This document shows positions 13,301-26,845 of a DNA stretch of 64,000 nucleotides, in pieces. Positions within the stretch are counted from its first letter, which is position 1, and each line of letters opens with the position of its first letter. A model generated the notes under the pieces. The model had not been told where the DNA came from. It was given only the letters and a program-made list of their open reading frames with translations, and did no database searches. The DNA comes from Daphnia carinata. Its lineage: Eukaryota. The DNA is taken from assembly GCF_022539665.2 (NCBI RefSeq), contig NC_081333.1, positions 12,958,001 through 13,022,000 of the forward strand, given 5' to 3'. Made by a program: the position numbers and the translations under genes.

Positions 13301-16300
13301 AAAAAAAAAAGAGATTGATGCTAAAACACGGACCCTCTCTTTGAATATATTTCCTTCTCTTGAAAAAAGAAAAAGAAAAGGTCTGAAACTAACGAAAAGT
13401 GACGTAGACGGAAGAAGGGGGCGGACCACCCAACGATGGCCGAGCTCTCCAATCAGGCACCTGAATTTCTTACCTTGTTAGGGACGGGCGGCACGTGGAA
13501 AAGAAAATATCTGAAAGGAAATGAAGGAAAAAAAAAAGCGTCGGTTTGTTTCATCTTCTTATTATTCAACTCTCGGCTTATGGCTCCCTCTCTCTCTGCC
13601 TTTGGGAGTTTCCTGTTCCATCGAGTTTTTTTTTTATGGACGCCTGCAGCTCGTGACTTTTTCCAAGTGTTGCGTCGTCGCCAACACAACAAAGAAAAGG
13701 GTGGGGTAACTCACCGTGAGTCAAACTCTTCCAGTCCCATTTACCTGAGACTTGAAGAGGGTGGCATGTAATAAATAATTTTTTCTTTTAAAAACAAGGG
13801 GAAGAGCACTCAGCCGGAGGCTATCAATAACATATGGGTGCGGGTTGTTGTTTCACGTTGCCGCCAGGTGAGGAGTGACGGTCAGACATGAGCTTCTTTC
13901 AAACGTGAATAGAATTTTTTTTTTTTGTTTTTAAAACTTTCGATTGAAGTGTGTGTGTCTTTGACCCACAAAGGGATCGTTCCACTCGTTTCTTTTTTTT
14001 TTTTTTTTTTTTGAGTTCTCTCCATTTTTGGGGTGTTTTTTTTTTTTTGTCAACTTTGATGCTGTCACTTTCACCCGGCCCCGTCCTCAATTGTTGCCAT
14101 GACAATAAGCCACTTTGGAGTTCATCTCGACGTGTTCCACATTGGAACACACGGCCTTGAAAGTGATACGGGCGTTGTCTTTCTAAGTTCGTTGCGCCCC
14201 CTAATTAAATGGAGAAACGATCTCATTTACGAGGAAAAAGTTAATGAATTTCTCATTAAACGCAGGCCAAATCCGATGATGAATTGACCAAAGAAAAGGA
14301 ATGGATCGAATCGGGACGGGTCTGGTTGCAACACAGGGATGGATTCACGTCGGCCCGTTTAGACCCAACAAAAGATGCAGAAGAAGGACGTGTGCGTTTA
14401 AAGCTGGACGGCAGCACAGGTGAGGTGGTGTCCGTCGATGAAGATGAGGTCGTCAAAGCCAATCCTCCGCAATTTGATTTGGCCGAAGATCTGGCCCAAT
14501 TGCGACACCTCAATGAAGCCTCGCTTTTGCACACGTTGCGATGCCGTTACGCCGCCAGCCTACCGCACACCTACGCCGGCCAAAGTCTCATCGTTATCAA
14601 TCCCGTCACGCCATTGGCCGTCTATTCCGAGCGGGTAATTCAAATTTTCCTTAAAATGTTCAAATTTGTCCTAAAAAAAAAATATTTTTAAATGAACAGA
14701 TGATCCAGCTGTTCCGCGGATGCAAAGCCGAAGACATGCCACCACACATTTACGCCTCCGCTCAATCCGCCTATCGTTCCATGTTGGCGTCGCGAACCGA
14801 CCAATCGCTCATCTTTGTCGGTCGCAGTGGATCCGGCAAAACACACAATTTCAGAAATTCCCTCCACTACCTCTGTTTGGCCGCCGGATGCCCCACCAAA
14901 GTGATTACCGTTGAGAAACTCAACGCCATCTTCTTGTTGCTGGAAGCATTCGGCAATTGCCGGACGGGCCTCAACACCAACGCCACGCGATTCACCAACA
15001 TCTTTTCATTGGATTTCGATCAATCCGGACAAATCGCTTCCGGCTCCATCCAAGTGCTGATGCCAGAAAGGGAGCGTGTTACCCGACGGCCAGAAGGCGA
15101 GCCTTCGTTTAACGTCTTTTACGAGCTCGTGGCTGGAGCGACGGGCGAACTGCGTCGCTATTTGCAATTAGAGAACATTGCGAGTAACACGAACGAGCCG
15201 TGTGCCTTTATGACACCATTGCATACGGCCGAAGATCGCCAAAAGGCCGCCGTCAGCTACGCCCGTCTTGTGGCTGCTCTAGAATCGCTGGGTATTTCCG
15301 AAACGGACAGCCGATGCATCTGGTCCATCTTGGCCGCCATCTACCACCTGGGCGTCGCCGGGGCCATGCGAGGAATTTAATTAAAAAAAAAAAAAATGTA
15401 ATTACGAAATCAATTAAAATTTAAAATTTGAAATACAGGTGCGACTAACAATAAGATCGTTTTCGCCCGTCCGGCTGCTGCCCAGCGAGCCGCTATTCTC
15501 TTAGGAATCGGATCATTAGAAGAGCTGGCCCAGATGGCGTTCTATGCCACTCCCGTCCAAGGTTTAATGATGAACGGACGTTCTTCTTTCCGCACGGCTT
15601 CGCCCGTCCATGAAAGTGTTAAACCCTCGGACAAACATCTCGATCCGGCCGAAGCTTTGGAAGGCTTCGCCCAGGGTCTTTACGTCGAGGCCTTTAGCGC
15701 TTTGGTTGCATTAATTAATCGATCGATATCTTCGACGGCACGGACCATCAGCTCCATCGTTGCCATCGACACGCCTGGATTCCAGAATCCGGGCACGACG
15801 AGCAACGGAGAACGGGCCGCCAATTTCCAGGACCTGTGCCACAACTACACGCAGGAGCGGCTCCAGTTGTTGTTCCACGACACGCATTTCACTGCACAGC
15901 TCAACCGCTACGCTCAAGAACACATCGACATCACATTCGAAGGAGGGACGGGCGAGGAAGAAGTGCCTTCACCTGAACCGTTGGTCGACATGCTGGACAA
16001 GGCTCCTCAGGGCGCCGTGGCCCGCGCTTCGGCCACAAACCTTCGCGACGTGGACCGACGTGGATTCCTTTGGCTCCTGGACGACGAGGCCCTTGTCAGC
16101 ACGACCAGCGAAGACGAATTGCTGGACAAACTGTCGACCATGTACAACGACCGAGTGTTTGAGAAGCTCTTCACTCGACCGGCCGGCAGCCGGAAGCAGT
16201 TGATGATCCACCACGGTCAGGGCACCAACAGCGTCCTCTACGACCTGGACGGATGGCTGAAATCGGCCCGCGAGATCCCAACCACTCGCAACGCCGCCCT

Positions 16301-19300
16301 GGCCCTAACGGAATCCGCCAAAGAAGAAATGGCTTCACTTTTCCGTTCTTGTCGTGGTCCGTTGCCGACGACGGTGAGCGGATCTGTGGCCGGAATCGAA
16401 GGTAGCCACGCGCTACGCAGAGCGTCCAGCATCCGACGCACATTTACCTCGGGAACGGCCGGCATCAAGCGCAAATCATTGGCCCTTCAGTTGAAATTCC
16501 AAGTGGTCAGTCTATTTCTTTTATTTACTTAATTTAATTTGATTTAATAATTTATTTTAAAATAGGACGGACTGATTGAGACATTACGCCGGACGAAACC
16601 GCGTTTTGTTTATTGTTTTATTCCCAATCATCGGGCAGGTTTGGTGGACTCGAGTTCATCGACGTTCGCATCCAACGACGATTCCCTTCAAGTGCCTTTG
16701 CTTCGTTCTCAGGTAATGTGTCTTAAACTGACCTGTTTTAATTCAATTAAAAATTAATTTATTCCAAAAATTGTTTAGTTGCGCGGATCGGAATTACTGC
16801 CAGCCATTCGTCTCTACCGACAAGGATATCCAGATTACCTGCCGCTGGGCGAATTTGTGCGCCGATTCAACGTGCTGGTGCCACCTGACGCATTGCCGGC
16901 CTCGTTGCTGACGGGTCTCAACAGCTCGACGGCCAGCGAGAAACAAGCGGCCGAAATCCTTTTGCTGCACATCGACATGGAACGATCATCTTATCGCCTC
17001 GGCCTCAGTCAGGTAAAAAAAAAAATTTCTTTTATTTTTTCAATGGGCGGATGATGGACGGACAAAGGCCAATCATAATCCCATTGTGATTGTGCAGTCG
17101 CACATGTCACATTGCTTTCCTATTCCGTGTAAATGCAGCTCGTTATCTGCTAGTTTGAATTGATGGCCGGCACAAGTTTGTTCAGCCGTGAAAACATCAT
17201 GTTTCGAACACGTCAACCTAATTTTTTTATACAATCGGATTTTTTAGCTGGGAATGCGATCGAAAGGCCCTTCCGGCTTTGAATTTCTTTTGTTTGATCG
17301 CGGCATCGAGACATTCATGTCACCTCATTCTTTTAAATCAAAATGATGGCCGGCAAGTCAGGAGAAACGTAAATTTTCGAAGCGGAAAAAGACCCAACGA
17401 CGTCAGCTGGCCCTTGTAATGACGGACTGTCCATCGCTTTCTGTTCTTTTGGGGGGGGGGGGAGGGGGGAGAGCGAAACAATTGGAAATTGGATAGAAAA
17501 ATCTCACGATAGCGTCCCGCCAAGTTGTCCGGTCGACAACCTCCTCCTCCTACACCACACGAAAGAAAAACAAGCGGCCGTTAAACGGAACGTGGCATCC
17601 ACCTCCGGCCACTGTGCCCTTGAGGGGGTAGGTAGTTGGCTTAGGGGATGAGTAGAGGAGGAAAATTGATGAGGCGAGAAGGATAAGAGTCTCATCGCTG
17701 TTCATTCGATGCAACACTTTCACAGTGCCGGATGGAATCGTTGGCCAGCAAGACGCGTACTCGCATTGGGCCGCCATTTTCTAAAGTTAAGAACGTGAAT
17801 TTTAAATTCTTGGTGACTCATCATGAGGATCTCAAATTCAGTTCATCGCACGGATAACAGGCGGTTTGAAAACAGGGGTCGTGTCACTCCCGTTGATCCG
17901 CTGGACTCGGCGCCGGCCGTGGCCGATCGAATCAAAGCCTTTGAAGATTTAATTCGAAGGGCCAGCCGATGTGACGCAACTCAAGAAGACGATGGCGATA
18001 GGAAGAAACGGAGTCAATCGTGTCCGGCTCGCAATGGAATCTCGGACGGCCGATGCTTTCAACCGGCGGCCGAACGGAAACATCGTGCGCCGGACAAGGG
18101 CAGCAATTTGAGCCTTTTCAATTGCGGGAGTACGACGTCGTCGTCGGGTTATACGTCGACGACGCCTCCCAGTCCCGAACCGGAACTGCCTTCGAGTCGA
18201 TACATTTACTTGACGGCCCATCGGGTCGAAGTGGATCATTTCGGCAAAGACGATGAGGCTGAGGAAGAAGAAGAAGACAAACAAATCGAATTGGAAATCT
18301 TTGCGCGCCATCTAGCGAACGATGAGCGAAGCTTCTCCCCCACCTCGACGGAAGACGAGGTGGACGTGGACGAAGACGAAATCGACGACATTCGTTGGAG
18401 CGACCTCGAAAGCGAAATGGATTTAGATCACGTTGTCGACATTCTCATTCAATCCAAAACCTCCAATGAGGTATTTTTTTTTTTTTCATTTTGCCGGCCC
18501 GTCCGATTGTTTTTTCTTGGGGGGGAGGAATTTGTGATTTTTTATTTTAATTCTTTTTATCCGAGTTTCCTTAATTTAAAATTTTTTTGCTTTAAAGGTT
18601 TTCTTCCGGCCGGGAGTTTTGTCTCAACTGGAAGATCAGCGGGATGAAAAAATCACGAACCGTGTGGTGAAATTCCAGGCGCAATGTCGAGGCTTCCTTG
18701 CACGCAAACGCTTAAGCAAGCTCAAGGTGGAAAATTTAAAGAGAAATTGTTTATAAAAAAAAACTGAATTGTGCTAAATTTTCTCTTGGTGAAATCAGGT
18801 CCAAGATGTGGCCATCCGCTGCATTCAGCGTAACGTACGCAAACTACAGGCCATCCGCGCCTGGCCTTGGTGGCGTCTTATGCTCCGCTTGTCTCCTCTG
18901 CTCAACGTGCACCGGACCGAAGAGGAGCTCAAAGCGAGAACGGTAATTGTTGCCTCTTATTATATCACCGTGTGATTTCCAACACTTGAATTTTTCCTTG
19001 TTGTTTTCGGAATAGGAGGAAGCCGAGAGTCTACGCAGTAGAGTCACCGCTCTTGAAAAAGAGCGCGCTGATCTCAAATACATAGCCGACCGACTGGAGA
19101 CGAAGGTACGAACCCCAATTACATACGTACCGGTTTTTTTACACGTTTCGATTGGTAGGCCTTAAATTAAGGTTATTTTTGGGTCGAAAATAACTTCCAG
19201 CTAGAACGGAAATCATTTAGCTGATAGGCCGTTTCTCCGATTCAGGATATCATCATTTCCTGATTAAATGGAATGTGCCGCTCTCTGTTAGCCAATCGAC

Positions 19301-22300
19301 GAAAAGCTCCTTAAAAAAAAAAAAATCAGATAAAAACAAAAGAGGAACGCAAAAGAGAAAAGTAGCAGCAGCCCTGACATACCTATAAATAGTGTTTGCA
19401 TCCTGCGTGTGTGAGACGAGGGAGCCAGGAAGAGGTTAGGGACCCGCTAGTCTTGCCAGCCTCTGAACAAAAGAAGCCAACGTCATCGTCCTGTAAGCAA
19501 AGTGGAATTGAACACGAGCCAAACCCACACACACACCAAAACAGATTTCATTTCTTACTCATCACTACACCTTCAAACTAGATATGTGTTTCTCTGCGTG
19601 CGTGTCCATGTTTGTTACATTCAGTTGTTGCCTATGACCTGCTGCATATCAAAAGCTCCAGCTTCTCATTTTCGCCCAGTTACACATATTTTCCGATTGA
19701 ATATCGTGGCTGTTTAATCCCCTCCTCCTCCCTTCGTGACAATGAGTTCCTTATCGTCGCATTTATCATCGAAACGTCGGTTGGAAATCCAAGAACGTGA
19801 TCACAGTCAGACGCAACTCTCGTTGGCACTTTCGCCCGTCCTCACATCCGGATATTATAGCGAATCCTTGTCTCAGTCAGTTTCTGCCCGGCGATCGTCG
19901 CATCAGAGTCGTCGATCCACTCCGCCACCGGCTCCATTGGCCGCCCGGGACGAAGGAGTTGTGATTCAGGCTGGGATGAGTTTCGTGCTGGGCCATAAAG
20001 CCGTTCGATCCTCTTCCGTGTCGGCCATTTGCGTTGGCAGTGCGACCAATCGTCCCAGCAGCGTCCGGCAACACTTTCGTCCACTTCCAGCTCACACGAT
20101 GGCCGACACGACTTCATCGGTCCTGACCCGGGCCATCCGCGATTTCCTCGGCCGGACCGACCACGTCATGAACGAATGGAAACATTTGGGCAAAGACGCC
20201 GGCGGATCGCAACGTTCGCGTTCCACCACTCGTTCGTTCGCAGCTCAAGGAAGTAGGCGATTCTCTGCCCGTTCGCTGTCCAGCAGTCGATATTCTTCGA
20301 CGGACACGCCATCCTCGGCCAATGAATTTATGGTGGTCGGTCCGTTCTCTCGCGTTCCCAGTTTCCAATCGGTTCAATCGACGGCCGATACGGACTTTGG
20401 CTCCTGTCAAGACCTCAATGACTACGACGAGGTCATTTATGTTTTCCTCATTTTCGTTCGTCCAACTCAATCTGATAAGGCCTACTAAAAATAGCGCGAA
20501 ATTTTAAAATGACGTGAATTAATTATTTTTTGGCACTTTGCCTTTAATTTATTCGTACATACTTTTAGCAAAAAAATGCCGGAAGTAAGCGAGAGTTATG
20601 TTTTAAAAATAAAAACGGACCGTTTTCAAAAATACCTGCAGGTCAGCGAATTGACTGCCGACTTGGCCGAAGAACACTCGACCGCCACTTTGGCCACGGA
20701 ACGACTAGAAGCTGAAACGGCCCAAAGGATGAAGATCGACAAGGAATTTGGAGAACTCGAAGTTAGTTTTAATTTAAAACTTTAAAAAGCAGATGATCTT
20801 TAATTATTTAATTAAACATTAGGGTAAATTTCGTAAGTTATCTGGCGATCATGAAAAGATGGAAATGGAAGTGTTGCTGAACCGATCTGCCGGCCTGAAC
20901 GGCAGCGGGAGCGAGTACATGATGAGCGCGGCCGAGGATGATGACGAAGATGACGACGGCCAGCCCAACGTCTACCGACAAAAATGCGAACGGATGTCTC
21001 GGGAACTAGAGCTGGCCAAACAGCGACTAGCCCAGCAACACGAAGACGACCTGGAGCAGACGGTGACACTCAAGAAGCAGCTGGAGAAGAAACTCAACGA
21101 CGCGTACGAAGAGGTCGAAGAGCAACGCCAAGTTGTGGCCCAGTGGAAACGCAAAGCCCAGCGACTGGCCGCCGAGCTCAACGACACCCGTCTCCTCCAC
21201 GAAGATCAGACCAACCGCAACGCCGTTCTCGAAAAGAAACAGCGGAAATTCGACACGGAATTCCAGCTGCTCCAGGACGAATTGCGACAGGAACGAGCCA
21301 ACAAGGAACGGGCCATGAGAGAACGCGATGCGGCCATCACCGACAAACTCACATCCGAGCAAACTCTTCAGGTATTATTAAATGATTTGTGTTTTTTAAA
21401 CCGCACGTTGGTTAGTGGAGCAAAGGCTCGTGTGGCATTTCCCACTTGAGAAATGCAGTCGAGTATGAAAACGAGAACAAGAGGGTAGAAAGGTCGAGTG
21501 GAACATGATCAGAGAAACATAACACGTGTCAGCCCTAACATAAAGTCGCAAGTAACAGGCTTAACGTCTATTGCCGATCGTTTCCTATTTTGCCTCGATT
21601 CAGAGTATATTTAAGCCTCGGGGTTTCTTGCGGTACCTGACAACCAGATAGGCATTGCTCTTGCTGTTGATAAGAGAGGGGAGAAAAACACACACTCTGC
21701 TCACCCTCATGAGTGAGTTAAGAGGGGTGGAATTTTCAGTGGCCTCACACGTTTAAAGAGTGACGCGCAGTCAAATTTAGTATTGTTTTTTTGTCTACGT
21801 ATTTCTTTTACTGTTTCGTGACATTATGCCTCAGTTTTATGTATGGAATTTGACCGTTTTTTTCCCTATAGTTGGCCTTGACTCGGTGAATATTTAATGT
21901 GTTTCTTTATGCAGAGTGTTCAACTCGATCTGGAGATGAGGGGCGAACGACTGGCCGCTCTCACCAAGGAATTGGATGAAATGACTACAGAGGGTCGATC
22001 AGATGCTGACATGGCTGCTCTCAGAAGGTCCAAACATGAATTGGAAATGAAAGTCAAAGATCAGGCAAGTCATTGTCTCTTTTCGTGTAGAATGAAATAC
22101 TTATCTAAAGTTGTTTTCGCAGGAGGAAGAACTCGACGAATTAGCTGGTCAAGTTCAGTTGCTGGAGTCTGCCAGGCTGCGACTAGAAATGGCTATGGAG
22201 CAGATGAAGAAAGAAAACAAGAAGGAACTGGCCCAAAGAGAGGAAGAGATAGAAGATACTCGTTGCAGTGCCCAGAAGAAAGTCAAAGGTAGTCTCCTTT

Positions 22301-23884
22301 TGTCGAAACATCCTTTGTGTTTACCTCTTCATTGTTGTTTGTTTGACGTGACAGCATTGGAAGCCCAGTTGGAGAGCGAACATGAAGAAAGAACACTTTT
22401 GGTCAGAGAAAAACATGAACTGGAACGCCAGCTGCTGTCTATGGCTCAGCACGCAGCGCATGCCGCAGACGACGACACCATCCAGAAGCTGAAACGTGAC
22501 CTGAAACGCACCAAAGCCCTCTTGAAAGACGCACACAGCCAGCTGGAACGATGCAGATCGGAAACGCCGAGCAAAGTCTTGCTCAGGCAGCTGAAAAATT
22601 AGCTGGAAGATTCGGAATTTGCTCGCACGGCTGCTGTCAAGGGACGCCAACATGCCGAGCAAGAATTGCTCGAAGCCCAACAGCAACTGGATGAGGCATT
22701 GAGGTTGCGTGGTGAGACCGAAGACAAGTATTTGAGCTGTAACAGAGAACGCAGCAATTATCAGAGTCAAGTAAGTCGCATTTGCAGTCCAGGTCAGTTT
22801 TTGTTTTATATCTAACATCTCGTGTTTTAGGTGGACGACTTGGAGGTGGAATTGAACGAAGTCATGCGCAAGTACAAGGCCGCGGTAGCCCAGCTTACCG
22901 TTGATCAAATCACCCTTCAGGACCAGACTGCTCAATTGATGAGTCTGGAACACGAAAAATCTGCATTGAAAGAACAGGTATGACCAGCTTTCATCGTGCA
23001 AAAAACCAGCATTTAAAAAAAAATTGTAATAATTCAACAGGTGGCTGAACTGAGCGCAAGGCTCGAATGCATGGAGATCGACACAAAGTCCGTCCATACA
23101 CAAAAACGTATGGAATTGAAAGTCAAAGAACTGGAATCAAGAGTGGAACTGGAACAGACGTCCAAGTCACGATTGGAGGTATGTCGTGTTTATTTAAAAA
23201 AAACGTTGATGATATCCCGTTAATTGACATTGTTTTTTAGACGCAAGTTTCACGACTCAAAGAGATGCTGGATAAGAGCAACCTGGAACTCGATTCGCTC
23301 CGTTGCAAGGAGCAACTGTCACAAGAAAGCAGTAAACGCCTGCAGCGTCAGTTGCGTGATGTCCGCGAAGAATTGACGGGATCAGAACAGCGTGATGCCG
23401 ACACGTCGCAGCAATTGCGAGAACTCGAGCAACGCATCGAATTGCTGGAATCAGAGAACGCCACATTGGTTAAGGATTTATCGCTGGCCCTGCGCCGAAT
23501 CGAAGACCTTCAAGTCGCCATGCAAGGCGAAATGGACACGTCAGATTCGGATCAAGATCCGCACTCTGCCGAAAGGTGAGTCCATTCTCATTATTTCAAT
23601 CGGAAATATCGTTTGACAAAAGAATATCTTTAGCGATAGCGATGACGATTCGGACACGTCGTTCAACACATTCCTCAGTCAACGCAAGTATGGCAGCACT
23701 TCGGGTGTCAGTTCGGCCTCGGATGCGCGCCGTCAATCGCCTACCGGTCTCGACAGTCCGTCCAGTAGCCGCGTCGATCTGACGTAAGACATAAAGGATG
23801 CATTGTCTTTACATCCGGTTTTATTGTTCCATTTGTTTTTGCAGGCTGACGCTGGATAAGCAAGAAGACGAATCTGTGGCATAA
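7301..23884 (+). CDS. Myo18: Unconventional myosin class XVIII (MYO18A / Drosophila Mhcl-like), multi-exon; in-frame TAG at 22600-22602
   Basis: N-terminal MFSFMKK plus KE-rich segment, PDZ (GDFGFSLRR...[12 protein letters not shown]), motor with GRSGSGKT P-loop, NATRF and DTPGFQ, IQ ([12 protein letters not shown]), long coiled coil; ends ...DESVA* at 23884. Confidence 0.92.
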
Positions 23885-24597
23885 AACATCGTTCTATTAA
23901 CTTTAATATCATAATATGGAATTATTTAGTTATCTCTTTCCCTTCTCTTTCCCTAACTGCCTTTTCCAATTAGCGTTTACATTTGTATATATATATAATT
24001 AATAATTATTCGATAAGACAACACGTTCTTCCCCTTCTCCGCCTTGATTAGTTTCATCGTTGATAGATTAACTTTGTTGGTCTTGTCCTTTCCCCCCCTT
24101 TTTTTCCTTTAACTCTCTCACCCCACTTGTTGCTCCAAGCATTTTTCTCTTTATCAACTAGCTGCCAATCAGCAATTCTGCCCTTCTTCCTTGCACACCC
24201 GTATGATTTAATTGATCCGTGTATGATAGAACTTGCTCATACAAAAACAAATTAATATAACGAATACCCTCCCCCCACAAAATCCCGTTCTCTGTCCGCC
24301 CGTGTACGGAACCAAGAGAAATACAAACCCAATTCTAATATCTTTGGTGCTCTTCCTGTACAAAATCGATCGACAGGTAAAAATTTGATGAGAAATCTCT
24401 TCATCAAATATGCCGTGGACGTGTGTTCTGGAACGGCGGATGAACGTCATGACAACGATGGAAACACATCAAACCATTGCCACAACAAACCTGATTTCAT
24501 TTACGATCCTTTGGTTTAACATAACTCTTATAAATGTGAGTAGCTTCCTGTTTAGATCAGTCTGCAACTTGACGAAGACAAGCCATCTACAAAGAAA

Positions 24598-25186
24598 ATG
24601 TCGGCCGGTCAGCATTTTGTTGGAAAGTACCAAATGATCAGTCAAGAGAACTTGGATGAATATCTCAAAGCTATAGGTATTTGTATTTTTAAATTTTAAT
24701 TGTTTTCAACCTTTTCATTTGGCTTTTTGTTGGGGGTAGGTGTCAACGTTCCAATGAGATCCATGGCCGCCAGTGTCAAGGCCCACATTGAATGCGCTAT
24801 CGTAGATGAGGTGTGGCACCTGACGATTCACACCGGCACCCGCGACGTCACAATCAAATTCAAGTTGGGCGTCGAACAAGATATGCATACACCTGATGGT
24901 CGCCAAATTAAGGTAAAAATAAATACATTTAATATATTTGAACTTGATTCTGATATCTATCTTAGGCTACGTACAATCTCGATGGAGATAAATTAATTGC
25001 CAAAGAGTTTTGGGGTGACAAGGAAGCTGTTATCATCCACGAGGTAGACGGGGACGATTGGACAGCGGTAATGTTGAACACGATGGTTTAAATAATAAAA
25101 ATGAATATTCATATTTGTCCATTTAATTTGAATAGACGATGACCTGCGGTGATGTCCGTTGCACTCGTCGTTTTAAACGCGAATAA
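24598..25186 (+). CDS. Fatty acid-binding protein (FABP/lipocalin), copy a, 4 exons
   Basis: [41 protein letters not shown]. Confidence 0.85.
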
Positions 25187-25547
25187 AACGGCCGGTTTAT
25201 GTGTCAAAATCCGACAAACTGTTGTCCTATTTTGCATAAACTCACAACTTCACCTCGTTGTTGCTTTCTATATTGATCTGATCAAAGAAAAAAAAAATAC
25301 ACGTATTGATTCACCGACATTGTGCTCGATACTGGAGGAGTTTTCAGCTCTGACGGTGTTAATAAATAATGATCTGAATTGTTTGTCTAGCTGTTGTTGC
25401 TAAACAACACAGGATTCAGCGATGATCCGATCGTTTACGTCGATAATCTTCCTGTACTGTGGTTAAATTGTACACACATGCGAGTGGAGGAGACAGTTGA
25501 CTGTCACCTGAGCAGCACACATCATCACAACGAACATTCTTCGTACG

Positions 25548-26239
25548 ATGCAAGATCACGACCATAAACGATCGGCTTTCATGGCTCAGGTAGTCGGGAA
25601 ATATTATCTCGTTAGCCAGGAAAATTTCGAAGAGTATCTTAAAGCCATTGGTAAGTTATATTGTAACCAGATCCTGTATGTAAAAAACGTATTATGTCAT
25701 TGTTCGTATAATGAAATACTTTGTAAACAGGACTCAGTATGGCAAAACGGGCTGTTGCCATAAGCCAAGTGCCTCGTGTCGATTGTCAAATTGATGGCGA
25801 TGAGTGGACGGTGCGATTGAGAGGAATGAGCAAAGATTCAGATTTCACGTTTCGACTCGGCGTCCAAATAAAACGAGTCGCCGCTGACGGGCGGCACGTC
25901 ACTGTAAGATATTCGAGAACTGTTCAACCATCTTGTTTGACCAACTAATGGGTTTGTGTGGTTTGTCAGGATGTTTTCGATCTGCAAGAAAGTGACAAGA
26001 TTAAATTGATTCAAAAGGAAACTTGGGGTAATGGCCATGAAACCACGATTGTGCATGACTTTGACGGTGATGACTGGACAATGGTAAACATGTTTATTAA
26101 ATCACTTTAGTAATTATCTATGTAGACACACGGATGTTGATTATCGTAAACGATTTTTTTCCGGTTTCCCTTTCATTGGTGGACACAGACGATCGTGTTT
26201 GGCGATGTCACTTGCGTTCGTCATTTCCGCCGTGAGTAA
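25548..26239 (+). CDS. FABP copy b, 4 exons (start may be the ATG at 25581)
   Basis: VGKYYLVSQENFEEYLKAIG, FRLGV..ADGR, CVRHFRRE. Confidence 0.85.
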
Positions 26240-26845
26240 TGCAAACACTTATAGTCGGCGTAGGTAAAAGAAACATTCTTTCTAAATTATATCAGAACAT
26301 GACTTATTGTGTTTGCAAATAACTGTTAGATTTGTTGCTACATACTGTCAGTATTCTTACGACTCTGAGTCTCACGTCTACATAACGTGTCTTTTTTTGA
26401 AAACTGCTCTTCTTTTGTTTACAATTTCCTTCGGTTGATTTTATCCTGCACTGCCATCTAGAGACAATACATCCATTAATTTAGGCATCATTCCTTTTTG
26501 CTGCTTATTAACTAGCGCGCTAGATACTGCAGCCTTAAAAGTAGGTTCGATAGACATTTTAAGTCCGACAAAATAATTAGCCCGACTTTTTATGGCAATC
26601 GTTTTATATGACAATTATGGCAATCCGTTATGGCAATCCGTTTTACATAAAAAAAAAAAAAAATGGCGGAAAAAAAAATCGCGAAAAAAAAAAATCGCAC
26701 TTTTTTCTTTTTTTCCGACACGTAGCCATCTACCGCTCAGACTCATTATTACTGGCGTAGGCAATTTCAGTCCATTGGATGCCATTCGCAGTTTGTTCAG
26801 TAGCGTGGATGGAGAATAACGCGTGGCTGGAGGAACAATTGAAAA

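Noticed and set aside
13834..13870. [11 protein letters not shown] mini-exon with a strong donor (possible lipidation signal for Myo18)
   Set aside because: The donor is phase 1 while the next Myo18 exon needs phase 0, and no bridging exon was found.
22321..23103. 260-aa minus-strand ORF
   Set aside because: Antisense to Myo18 coiled-coil exons and runs through their introns.
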